Below are positions 1 through 11,327 of a DNA stretch of 64,000 bases, in pieces; positions within the stretch are counted from its first letter, which is position 1, and each line of letters starts with the position of its first letter. The stretch covers positions 101,556,001 through 101,620,000 of the forward strand of contig OX638149.1 in NCBI GenBank assembly GCA_951804945.1, written 5' to 3'. Source of the DNA: Podarcis cretensis (taxonomy: Eukaryota). The notes beneath the pieces were generated by a model. It did no database searches, was not told the DNA's origin, and saw only the letters and a list, made by a program, of their open reading frames with translations. Both the position numbers and the translations under genes were made by a program.

Positions 1-68
1 TGCCAACAACAGAATCAGAAAAGAACTTCTTTCTCTTTTCTAATTCATTGCCCACAGAAACAGAAATT

Positions 69-805
69 TGTGGTTCGAGGACCCGACCCCCGCGAAGTAA
101 AATGAAGACACAGGGACACGTGATATAAGGTTAATGGGCTAGAAAAGGCCACAACTTTATTGATTACAGCAATGAAAAGGTATTGGCTTAGGCATTGGAT
201 CGCGAAACAAGTGGGTTTATTCACCAGGGGTTCATCACCTGTTGATGCTAATCCAACTATAGGCTCACCCCTGATGTCACCGAGGGTCGTGCCATGGCCT
301 CCCACCAAGCAGGCTTCGGACGGAATACACGACCGCCAGATTCCATTAACGGAATACCCCTAGAAATTGAAGGCATAGGCGATGGCCACACCTAGCACTT
401 CGACACACCACAACACATTATTCCAATGCCTAACCTACCCACCAATACCACTAAAAAGTTGTGACGATTGCTACGAGGTAGGCGAAAAAACCAAAAAGCC
501 TAATGCCAAATGGAAAAACTCCTACCAGGCCCCCCGGGCAACCAGGGCGACCAACCTAAGGTCCATAGCAAGGCCAATGACCTAAGCCCTAACTCAAAGG
601 GAGTGGAGGGTGGGTGACTCGCCCAGGACGACAAAGAGAAATGAGGCCGGGGGGAAGGCTGGCACTGCAGCATAAAGGCTGCTGGACACGCCCCCCCATG
701 GCACCTGGTTGGACAGCCACCGGGGGGGCGTGAGTGCCAGCCAGGTGAGCTGGAGGCAGGGGGCAACGCCCCCTGCTAGGAGCGGTGCTCGGGCTCCCGT
801 CCACA
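69..805 (-). mobile_element. LTR-like retroelement repeat (solo LTR or tyrosine-recombinase element terminal repeat)
   Basis: GC- and CpG-rich block with sharp edges against AT-rich flanks. Ends are TGTGG (69-73) and CCACA (801-805). Minus-strand AATAAA at 156-161. No coding capacity recognised. Shares motifs with 40806-41283. Confidence 0.65.
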
Positions 806-1199
806 ACCACTCCCCTCTCTTTCAGGGAGGAGAGTCTTAAACACACATCAATTCCCATTTGAGTGAGATTATATTACTATAAAATAATTCCTTATATGAT
901 ACAATCTAATAACATTTTCTTGAAGCAAAACTTATAACATACATGCCATCATTTCTGGTAAAGAAAATTGAAAGGTTGTCATCTTCAGAGTGGCAAAGGA
1001 AGCTAGAAATTCCTAAGTAATAACTGATAGACCTAACAGAAAGTCAGGATATCACAACCCTGAGAGAGTTATTACTGTTGAGAAGAAGAAAATAGCAGCA
1101 ATATTTGTATTGCCTTGGAAGACTTTGTTCTTTTTGATAGTTTTCCTCACACTCTACATTCAGGCTACTTTCAAAGTCCAGCTGATCTTTTTAGTATTA

Positions 1200-1370
1200 G
1201 GTTCATCTCCATTGGAGCCCATTCTATAGAAAATGCCATCATTAATGGTCACAAGTGCCCTATTGATTGCCACTAAATCAGGTGAGGTTAATTGGCTGCT
1301 GCTCCTTGACATCTCTTTAGCATTTGACACCATTGATCACAAAATCCTCCTTGATCAGCTGAAGCCTGCA
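1200..1370 (+). mobile_element. L2/CR1-clade LINE reverse-transcriptase fragment (decayed)
   Basis: Translation contains LLLLDISLAFDTIDHKILLDQL, matching the L2 RT motif LLDLSAAFDTIDH. It is preceded by a degenerate HSTETALxxVTNDLL-like stretch. Confidence 0.8.
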
Positions 1371-1832
1371 ATTCAGTGGGACAGTGATAAATTAGTTTAC
1401 ATCTTGTCTTTGAGGCATGCAATTTACAGAATCAGAAAGAAGTCCTTCTGCCATCTACCACACAACACTCATCTGGGAAAGGGCAAGGGTGCTTGCCTGT
1501 TATTAAGAGCTTTCTGAGGCTTTTATTTGGGCCATAATTGCACTGAACTGAACACATCACTTGACTCTTCTAGCTCTTCCTTGGGTGGAGAACTAATCCG
1601 GCAGAGTTTTATATCAACCGAGGCGCTTGTCGGTCTACCAAATTATACCAGGAGATGGATATTCAAGACCACTGAGGTCTCATCAAGTCAACAGAATTGC
1701 TGAACTTGGATTTGGAAAATCAAAGTCTTCTTGAGTCAGAGACTTGTCGTGAGCAAATTCCCATTGTTTGGCTTCAGTTATAATGAAAACAATAAAAAGA
1801 CTGTGATACACTTTGTACACTAACAAGCACAC

Positions 1833-1908
1833 TTGTCTACTCAGAAGTTAATTTCATTATCTTCAACAGGGTTTACTCCAGGTAACTAGGTATAGGATTT
1901 CAGCCTAA
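1833..1908. mobile_element. Short palindromic squamate MITE remnant (ctactcagaagt...gtataggattgcagcc type)
   Basis: The same motif set recurs at 26926-27107, about 56120-56190 and about 61548-61636 in this window. Confidence 0.55.
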
Positions 1909-2749
1909 CGTTGCATATTTTGCAGGGTGGACGTCCCATTGAACTGAGTGAGACTACCAAGAAAATAAGCATTGTATTGGGCTGTAAAAGTGCTATAACC
2001 TCAATTAATAACTATATTTTATCCTATCAAACTTCACTGTGTGAAGTTGAAAAGCCAAGAAAGGTATTTTGTGTAATGCCTTTTACTTCCAAATATTCTA
2101 CTAAATCTATTCACCATTTCTGTTGTTCTCCCTGCAGAGTCCCTGACTTTTCTAGGCACTTGCCATGAAGAGAGAGAGGGGGGGGGAAGGAAGGAAGGAA
2201 GGGGAAATAAAGAAACAAGAACATTGGTCATAAATCAAGCAAGCATGTGGCATATCCTTCAGATGAATCCATTTGAGCCACTTGTATTTTTTAGAGTGAG
2301 GCAGCAGTCATATTTTAAAAAAATATATGAAGGGGAAATTGCTAACAGTTTTTCACTGAGAAAGGCATTGAGGCTTATTAAAGTGGGCACCATGTTAATA
2401 AATGTTATGGTCCTCACCGTATCCCTGCTCAGCTTCAGAGATATAGGCTAGAAAGGTTGATATATGGCCAAACCTACGATGGAGCAAAAGTTCTTAACAT
2501 TAACTACAGAGTGTCATGCCTTTTTACAGATTAGGAGACATGCATTTGTCAAAGAAGTCTCAAAGGAGTGCAGCAATGAGGGTCAGATACACAGGCGCGC
2601 TGAATGAAGTCAACTCATTTCCAGACTACACTACAATGAAGAGATGCATCATTCTCATTGTCCTCTAATGTAATTGTTCTTTGGGATATTCAGTTGCCAC
2701 TTTGGTTCCTAATAATCAAGGGGAAATGTGTAAGAATCTTTCTTACCTA

Positions 2750-2966
2750 TTTATTGTGTTTATACCCCACCTTTTTCCTCCAAGGATCTCAAGGTGGCCT
2801 TTATGGTTCTTCTCCCCCACATTTAGAGCCACAACACAACCCTGTGTGGTATGTTAGGTGGAGAGGCAGTCACTGGTCCAAGGTCACTCAGTAAGCTTAA
2901 TGGCTGAGTGGGGATTTGAATCCTGTTCTCTCATGTCCTAGTCCAAAACGAAACACTACCCTACAC
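2750..2966 (-). mobile_element. tRNA-derived CORE-type SINE (Squam3/MIR-like)
   Basis: Minus strand shows a tRNA-like head (gattcaaatccccactcagcc) and the CORE segment gtgaccttggaccagtgactg...cacagggttgtg, followed by an L2-like tail. Similar to 19743-19967. Confidence 0.8.
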
Positions 2967-3199
2967 GGTCTTTTCCATGGTACGACAAAACCAGCAACAA
3001 ATAACAGAAGAAAATGTCCACACATAGGAGGCTATCAGTTGATGGTGGTTCTGAGGGAATTAGCAAACATTATGAGAATCTATATGGTTCTGTGAATCTG
3101 ATTATGTTTTTGCACCACGGCAGAACCTACGAGCACTGGATCTGTGATTCTTACAGTTTAGTCAATAGTGACTGCTGGTGGCTGGAGCGTGTGTGTGAA

Positions 3200-3418
3200 G
3201 AAGCGTCTCCACCCTCATCGTTCAGCACAGACACAAGGTCAAGCTCCGAGGGCCTTATGGCACCTCCCTCCCTGCAAGAAGAGAAGCAGGGAACCAGGCA
3301 GAGGGCCTTCTCAGTAGTGGCACCCGCCCTGTGGAACGGCCTCCCACCAGATGTCAAAGAAATAAACAACTATCTGACTTTTAGATAGGGGAAACACAGC
3401 CAGATAGGTGTGGTATAA

Positions 3419-3464
<46 letters not shown>
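3200..3464 (+). mobile_element. L2 LINE 3' end with internal deletion and (TAT)n tail
   Basis: Encodes RAFSVVAPALWNGLP, an L2 ORF2 C-terminal motif. Closely matches the reverse complement of 29410-29720. The (TAT)n tail lies at about 3419-3464. Confidence 0.9.
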
Positions 3465-3465
<1 letters not shown>

Positions 3466-3479
3466 GCTGCCTTTTCAAG

Positions 3480-3660
3480 GGACTCTGTTCCACTGGATCT
3501 GACAGGTGTGTGACTTCCCTCTGTCTCTGATACTCCACCCTCCTGCTCCATTCCTCTGACACCCTACTTTCTCCTCCTCCCTCTGCTGCCCTCCCCAGAT
3601 CATTCTCCTTTCCCTTTTTCAGCAGGGTGGGAAAGTAACCACACATTCTGCCTGATGACA
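3480..3660 (-). mobile_element. Possible LTR 5' remnant
   Basis: Minus strand starts TGTCATCAGG at 3660 and continues purine-rich, like the element ending at 5542. Confidence 0.3.
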
Positions 3661-3871
3661 AGGGAGGCACTGGAACTGGTGACAGGGCGCAGCCTTCACA
3701 GGCACCAGATAACATCCAAAATGGCACAATTGCATCTTGCGATGCCACAATGGAGACCACATCACATCTGCCCAGTCACATCTGCTTGTGATGCTTAGAA
3801 GAGTGACTGTCCACATGATTTACAAATGCACGATAGTGACAAATACATGAGACGATTCTCTATCTCAACCA

Positions 3872-3908
3872 AGAGAGAGAGAGAGAGAGAAGTGTCTCTC
3901 TCTCTCTC
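3872..3908. repeat. (AG)n followed by (TC)n inverted microsatellite
   Basis: Read directly: agagag...aga agtg tctctc...tc. Confidence 0.9.
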
Positions 3909-4989
3909 AACTACTCTCCTTCCTATATATTGAACACACACTTTTCAATATGAACTATTAAATATATGATTCCCGCCCCCCACAGGCATATTCTCTTAGA
4001 ATTCATAACTACTTTGCAAATAAAAAGGCAGTTGAACAGGGACTTAAAATATATCAAAAGCAATGAAACCTCTCAATGGGGGGAAAAGGGAACTGAAATT
4101 GAAATTGGTCTTCTAAATATAAATAAAACTACTTATTTCGTTTCTTTCAGAGGGAGTGCTGTGGGATTGCCCAAAGGATCATAAAAAATAGATTGTGACA
4201 AATATGTATCTTATTTTTCATATTTCATAAATAGAATCTGACTTATTATTTATATTATTTGGGGAAAATAAGCTGGAACATACACATTTGCACACAGTGT
4301 GCTGTTTCGTGCAGACATTTTCTCTCCACAGCTTGTAATGAACTGCAAAAATATGAACTGCAAGGTGGAACAAAAATTAGAGAGGAAATGTCTCAGAGTA
4401 ACAAATACATATTTTATGTTTTCTGTAGCCTTTCTTTATGCTAGTTGGACCCATGACTGCATAGCACTCTCAAACCCATAGCAAAAATTCCTAGGCTTCA
4501 AACTTCAGGACAACAGATAAAATACAATGCTTACTGAGGGAAAACAAAGGCGCTGTTCAGAAAGTATGAGGTGGGCTGCCTCCTGCCTACTTCTGTTTCA
4601 GCCTGCATGTTGTTATTCAGATTAGTTCACTATTTCTATAACAAAAAAAAAATTACTCCATTTGTAAACTGACCAAGTACTAAATATCTATGCATAACAG
4701 TCAAAATCATTTGCTTTGAATAGGTTGTTTTCTTACCTTGCTCAACACAGACAGCTTTCTTCTTCCCTTTTGCTCAAGAGGATACACACACACACCCCTA
4801 CACAAAACTGAAATGATATCCCTGGGGAACACCGTAAGTGAGGTGTGAGTTAAGGGAATTAAATAACTGACAGTTCCTCCAACCCAACTTAAAGATAACT
4901 CTCCTATTCACTTCTTTCATAATAGCACAGAACACAGCCTATTGGGCCAGTATAGTCTATATGGACAAGCAGTGCCTCTGCACCATCTC

Positions 4990-5542
4990 AAGCAGCAGTT
5001 TCCCCAAGCCCTACTTGCTTCCCTTTTCTACCTTGCCTGCTGATTGCAGCATCTGGGCTTGACGAGGCATGTGACCCTCACCTGTTCTGAGCTTACTGCT
5101 GCTGAGGAATCCCAGAGCTAGCGAGCCCCACCTGGCCAGCTGTAGACCCTTCCCTGCCTCAGCCTCCTAAAGCTCCCTATGCCTCAGAGCCCTCTGTGTT
5201 CATGGACACGGGTCTCTCTGGTGAGGGGTCCTGCTGTTTTGGTTCCTACCCACTGACCGCCATCCCCTGTCACTCCATGAGTACTTCCTATACCAGGCAT
5301 AGGCAAACTCAGCCCTCCAGATGTTTTGGGATACAACTCCCATCATCCCTGACCACTGGTCCTGTTAGCTAGGGATGATGGGAGTTGCAGTCCCAAAACA
5401 TCTGGAGGGCCGAGTTTGCCTATGCCTGTTCTACACCAACTTCTCCTTCCCCATCCCCAGCTTGCCCCTGTGGGTCCCAGTCCCGGCTGCACTCCACGCC
5501 GGGATCCTCTTCTTCCTCCCCATCAGCCTGCCAGTTCATGAC
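4990..5542 (-). mobile_element. Probable decayed LTR, interrupted by a hAT MITE
   Basis: GC-richer block whose minus strand begins TGTCATGAACTGG at 5542 with a purine-rich run. The far end is not resolved. Confidence 0.4.
5294..5428. mobile_element. hAT-family palindromic MITE (MER5/URR1-like)
   Basis: Terminal inverted repeats (TIRs) CAGGCATAGGCAAACTC / GAGTTTGCCTATGCCTG. The element is nearly fully palindromic. 8-bp TSD tcctatac (5286-5293) / ttctacac (5429-5436). Confidence 0.93.
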
Positions 5543-5814
5543 AGCACCAGTTCTAGTTGCATGCATCTTCCATTCCCACACACCTCACCAGTCCTCCTTC
5601 CTAAGATGAAGTGCAGACTGATATAAATATGTGAGTTATTGATATAAATGGAAATTGTGAGGGTGAACAACTGAACTTAGTGATTCAAACGCCAGGATCA
5701 GGAAGTCACCATCTACCCAACTAGACTAAATTTCGTTTCTGAGGAAGCTTCTCATCAAGACTAAGTAAGAGACAAAAGTTATATGCAAAATGAGATATCA
5801 GCTTGAAATACATG

Positions 5815-5945
5815 TTAGGAACAAAGGAAGCTAGCTAATACTGAATTAACATTGTCTGCACTGACTGGCAGCAGTCATTCCCAGCCCTACCTGGAGACTT
5901 TGGAGACTGAAGCTGGGATCTCTCACATGCACAGCACTATATCGC
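5815..5945 (-). mobile_element. Decayed tRNA-derived SINE with CR1-like tail
   Basis: Contains the motifs aggaagct..atactga, attgtctgcactgactggcagc and cccagccctacctggaga, typical of a common squamate SINE. Confidence 0.55.
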
Positions 5946-7993
5946 TTGAACTATCCACCCACCCAATTGGTGTTGTGATTGACTGCAAATAGGATAAGCC
6001 CAATTCACAATAAAAGTAAGTATTACACTGAATTTCTTCAAAAGGAAACCAAACCCAGGTAAATACTACACCCCTGGAACTTTTCATTGTTCATAGAATT
6101 GGAGTGGGTATAAGAACTCATTATTTGTGAACATAGTCAGTAGTAATATCACCAGGCAGGAGTGCTAGAAAACTGCATTTGAAGAGTTTGTACTACTACC
6201 GGTAACTATTAATGGATAAACTATAGTATAACTAGAATTCATAATTGGACAAAACAATTATCTGTATTCCAAATGCAGATGTACTAAGTACTTTCAAAAC
6301 TATGATGACGTAAATGACTCAAGTAACAATATACGTTTCCTTTCTTGCTTTCTTATTTGTGTTTGACCACCTTCCATCCAGCGTTTACTTCATTTTTAAA
6401 ACCAATTTATTCTTTAAACAATTTGACAGCTAAGAAGATGGAAACATGACCCATAGCCTCTCCATTTTGTTTATAGGTTTATCCTTCTCAGACTGACAGT
6501 TAAGAAAATGGCAACATAACATCTTAAAATGAACTCAGCATTTGAAAAAACTTTTCTGACCTATACTACTGAAAGAGGAAATATTTATCATGTATTGTAA
6601 AGTTTGAGGAAAAACAATGCACAAGACTAGCTATGGAATCTATTAGTGATTCTTTGGAGGGTGCAAAGGAACAACAGTTTTGCTCTTAACAGTAACAACC
6701 GTCACAGAGCATTGAAAAACCATGAATGCTCTTCACAGAAAACATTTTTTCCAGCTTAACTGGAAAATGTTTATTTCACATAGAGTGTACACTTTTCGAA
6801 AGCAATGCAATACATTCTTTCCAGATGAATTATCCAAACAAGGCTACATACATAATTTATTGTTCTTGTTTCTAAATGTGTATTTGATATGTTTGTGCTC
6901 TTTGGAGCTTTGGTTTCTCACCTTTCTTGATTATATTAGGGAAACATAATTGAGTTAAAATATAAGTTAAGAAAAAATATTGGGATACTGTACAATCCTA
7001 TGGCCTTGCTGCATATTAGTTTTCAAATGTAGCTGCGGCAAATTATTTGAAGTTACTCTGACACATGGGGGATTTATTTTTCACCTTTCAAGCTATCTGA
7101 AGGAATATGAAGGTGATCTGCACAGAATACATCCAAGACCTGCTAGTCCCCTTAAAATACCATGCTGAAACATCAGTGCTATAAACAGCCTCTGGAAGGT
7201 GACACTTCTGTGAATGTGTTTAGCTTATGGAGCTAAACTGTAATTTGCCCATTAATCTCCAATACTTTTGCTAACATGGGCTAATAAAGGCTAAGCTTGC
7301 TAGCACCCATGAAAACATTACAAAACCTAGCACCTCTCCAGAATGAGAAGTGTTTTCTAAAAACAAGCTACAATTAAATTGAAAGAGAGAAAAACAAAAA
7401 AAGAGAGAGAGGTGATACTGTAGCTGCTACAGAACTGGCGAATGAATGCCAACACTGCAACAGTGCCAAAGAGGCCAATCATTTTGTGATGGCAGCTCCA
7501 TGATTACTAATTATCAGAAGGTGAATCAGAAACAAACTGACATATAACTGCTGGTGGCAATTCTTTTTGTTTCAAACACAACAGACAAATATAAGAGGCC
7601 TGCTGAGAATAAGCATACTTCAGCTGATGCATCCACTTTTTGGACTAAAGTATAATCTGAAGGGTTCATACAATATTTAAAATTAAAAGGGCGTAGGAGT
7701 GCCCCTTTTAGCAAAAAATAAAAATAAAAATGCTTCTACCATAATAAACTTAGCTTACTAAAAAGGCACTTGTTGTGCTTGAGACTTTGTGTTTATGATC
7801 TACCTGACATAAGGCCTATGAATGTGCCAAATTTCAAACAGATCCGGTACAAATTGCCACAGGCATAAGAGGCTTTTAAATGCTCAGAACTGACACGTTG
7901 ACCCCTTTTATTGCAATGTTTATACAGGTACCCCATATAGTACTTTCTCATAAAAACTAATGTGCTTTATTCAGTCTTGCTGACGTAGACATG

Positions 7994-8112
7994 GGGTGGC
8001 ATTCAAGCAAGTTTTACTCAGAGTAGGACCATTGAAATTAATGAACATGACTAAATTAGGCACATGCATTTTAATGAGTTTACACTGAGTAAATCTTAGT
8101 TGAACACCACCC
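7994..8112. mobile_element. Palindromic MITE
   Basis: Ends gggtggcattcaa / ttgaacaccaccc, with inner arms tttactcag / ctgagtaaa. Confidence 0.7.
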
Positions 8113-8622
8113 ATGATTTCATTGGTTTGACAAAGTTCTGAGTGTTCCAACGTGTTTGTGCCCTGTTAAACCCTGTGGCAGCAACTACTGGCAAAATAAT
8201 ACACGGCACATGTATTATTTGAAGCAAAAATTTGAAGCAAAATTTTGCCAGGACTTCAATATTTACAGAGGGGTGCTATGTGCAATGCCAGTTCCTTCCG
8301 TTATTGAATATGACTGTGTGATGGAGTGATCAGATATGGGGATGTTACCAACATCCTACAGATATACCTGAAAAGCTGAGAAACTATCATGGAGAACCAT
8401 ACCCCATAATCCTGAGTGCTCCCGCTGCAGCTCCACACACATTAACACATCCTTGTAAGCCCTAGCTCACCTGCTCCAATACCCTCCTCAATCTACAACC
8501 TCACAGAAACAGAAACAACACTGCTGTCACCATCCACAATGGCACTCCCCTACTTAGTAGGCAGTCCTTTAAAATCCATCTAAGTTAGTATTCTCTTAAT
8601 GACAGTGACTACTCAGATGCAT

Positions 8623-8987
8623 AGGGACGCAGGTGGCGCTGTGGGTTAAAGCCTCAGCGCCTAGGACTTGCCGATCGAAAGGTCGGCGGTTCGAATCCCT
8701 GCGGCGGGGTGCGCTCCCGCTGCTCGGTCCCAGCGCCTGCCAACCTAGCAGTTCGAAAGCACCTCCGGGTGCAAATGGATAAATAGGGACCGCTTACCAG
8801 CGGGAAGGTAAACGGCGTCTCCGTGTGCGGCTCTGGCTCGCCAGATGCAGCTTTGTCACGCTGGCCACGTGACCCGGAAGTGTCTCCGGACAGCGCTGGC
8901 CCCTGGCCTCTTGAGTGAGATGGGCGCACAACCCCAGAGTCTGTCAAGACTGGCCCGTACGGGCAGGGGTACCTTTACCTTTACCTT
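8623..8987 (+). mobile_element. Sauria SINE (Squam1), full length, young
   Basis: Head gggacgcaggtggcgctgtgg, B-box ggttcgaatcc and (ACCTTT)n tail. 13-bp TSD tactcagatgcat at 8610-8622 and 8988-9000. CpGs are intact. Confidence 0.97.
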
Positions 8988-9907
8988 TACTCAGATGCAT
9001 CTGGGTGATCCGAAATGTGTATCTGGGTGGTCAGAAAGAAAAATCCTATAGGAGATATAGTGCTAATGGTAACAATGCAGATCTATTAGTCAGGTGTGGC
9101 TAGGCCACTGAACAGATGGATCATGGCCACAGACAACAACTGCTTCTGCAATGAAGCCAGGCTCAGGTTCAAACAGGCTCCCAATTAAAGGGAGTTGTGT
9201 AATACAGAGGCTACAACTGAAAATGCCTTCTGAGTTCTGATGTGACCTTGAAGTTCTGAGCTTGAGGCATACTTGGCACTTCCAACCTTCAGGGCTGCAG
9301 TATGGCCTTCAATGTCCCTCTTCCCTTATGGGTTACACATGCTGTTCTGTGATGGAAATGCTAAAGGCCTTTTACTCCACCTAATTCAGAATATTTTTTC
9401 AAGTGGTGTAACAGCTGCTTTGGGACTCAATATTTTCCAGCCTCTGCACAGTGAACAATTTTTCTGTAATAGGTTTTCCAAACCCTAAAGTTTGCCTATG
9501 TGGTGCCAGGTAATTTAAGGGCCCACTAACAAGCCAATCATTGCAGGAATGCTTTCTTCTTTTATTCAACATTTTGTTTCACTCCCACCTGACCTATTTC
9601 CACCTGCAGCAGCCTATTTTAGCTGAGCTGCAGTTTGTTAGCTAGTGATATTTTTTCCATTGATTCAAACTACCATCCTGGGCAAAGTTGGACAATATAG
9701 AGAAAATGCAAGTTATTACCATTCCAAAGAGTAAGAGGGGCTGTTAAAGGATTTGCGGTCATTAATTAAAATGCCAAATGTGTAATGTCCTTAAGAGCTG
9801 TTATGGAACTTTTCAGATGCCCAACTACAACACAAACTTTTTTTGAAAAATGGTCCTTAAAATCTCTCTTCCCTTAAACTTCTTCCATGCAGAAAAGCCA
9901 GGTGCAA

Positions 9908-9981
9908 ATTCCTGCATTGCAGGGAGTTGGACTAGATGATCCTCAGGATCCCTTCCAACTCCACAATGATTGTGTGATTCT
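9908..9981 (+). mobile_element. 3' part of tRNA-Lys SINE / CR1-type 3' end
   Basis: attcctgcattgcagggagttggactagatgatcct...cccttccaac...tgattcta is a CR1-like terminal stem and tail. It matches 23935-23996. Confidence 0.8.
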
Positions 9982-10848
9982 AGGAAGCTTTTTAACTGTA
10001 CCCTGCTCAAACCAATACAGTGGGGCTTCAGGTCAGGTTTGCTTTGCCTTGTCCCACATCTCAGATTTCAAGTAACCCACTAAGCCCCTCATGCCTCCCA
10101 ATCCTTGGACATTTTGTATGCATAGTAAAACCCTAATATTTGTTATATGCTTGAATTATGAAAATGATTGCTTTGTAAGAATATTACAACATAAGCCTTC
10201 TCTTTCACCATATGCAGAATACAAGGGAGCATTGCAAAACTATCACCAGGATGTACAGTCCTCATTAAATGACATATTATTTATATTAATCTTTCTCTTT
10301 TCAAACTACACAAAGTCCTTGTCAGAAGCAGGGAGCCTGGGCATATAAAATAAGACACATAAAGTAAGGCACAGATATAAGCCCTGAGTTAGAGCCATTT
10401 CAAGTTGAATGGGGACATGTAAATCCTGCTGATGTGTTAAGTGCAAATCGTCTTGAAAATCATGCTCTGCTTCAGCATATATGCAAGGGTCAGAGGAACA
10501 CCTCAGATTTGAGATCCCACCCGCCCTTGCTTGATGTGGTAAATACATAATTTTCTACTTATATTACAAGTTAACCCCTTAATCGATAACCCAGTTCATA
10601 ATCTGAGGTACATTCTGGGTGCCATAATATAAAGCCAAAGGTATAGTAATCAAGACTGATTGATTGCTGTTGGCTTACTCTGGAAATATTGTTAACTATT
10701 TTGTTTCTTAATGCTCATTTTTATGTTGTTAGGTTCGAATGAAACTGTGCTGTTTTATGTATGATACAATATATGCAGTCGGACAGAAATGACTTATCTG
10801 ACTTTTCCGGGGATGAAAATACTACAAAAGATCATTTGACATTACTTA

Positions 10849-11327
10849 CAGTATTTTTCGCCCCATAGGACGCACTTTTTCCCCTCCAAACATGAAGGGG
10901 AAATGTGTGTGCGTCCTATGGGGCGAATGCAGGCTTTCGCTGAAGCCTGGAGAGCGAGAGGCATCGGTGCGCACCAACCCCTCTCGCTCTCCAGGCTTCA
11001 GGAAGCTATCCGCAAGCCTTGCAAGTCCAGCGGGCGTTCCCGCGGGCTCACAAGGCTTGCGGGCAGCAGCCTGCAGCCCCGGCGAGTGTCCGCAAGCCTT
11101 GCGCGCCTGGCGGGAGGTCCCGCCGGGTGCGCGAGGCTTGGGGCAGCAGCCTGCAGCCCGAAGCACGCGGAGCCCTCTGGAGGGTGCCCCGTGCTTCGGG
11201 CAGGTGTGCGCAAGGCTTGGGGCGGCAGCCGCGGGGGGGGGGGAATAATTTTTTTTTATTCATTTTCCCCAAAAAAAACCGAGGTGCGTCCTATGGGCCG
11301 GTGCGCCCTATAGGATGAAAAATACAG
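10849..11327. mobile_element. Non-autonomous Tc1/mariner (Tc2-like) element with GC-rich hairpin interior
   Basis: Termini CAGTATTTTTC / GAAAAATACAG, both derivable by CpG decay from CCGTATTTTTC...GAAAAATACGG. TA TSD at 10847-48 and 11328-29. Subterminal repeat gtgcgtcctatggg occurs at both ends. Confidence 0.88.

Noticed and set aside
215-240. Minus-strand GTGATGA-acc-cct-ggt-GAAT hammerhead-like string in the LTR-like element
   Set aside because: Both conserved boxes deviate from consensus, and I found no stem I/III.
3311-3760. Longest ORF (149 aa) with poly-Asn
   Set aside because: It is antisense read-through of an L2 tail (TAT)n and adjacent repeat-like DNA.
4730-4775. Strong minus-strand donor AAG/GTAAG (similar ones near 31840 and 39212)
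   Set aside because: No convincing acceptor or coding frame. Non-coding exons cannot be excluded without RNA-seq.
10846-11318. Six overlapping ORFs of 71-136 aa
   Set aside because: They lie within a GC-rich MITE, where stop codons are scarce because of composition and internal repeats. No domain similarity.
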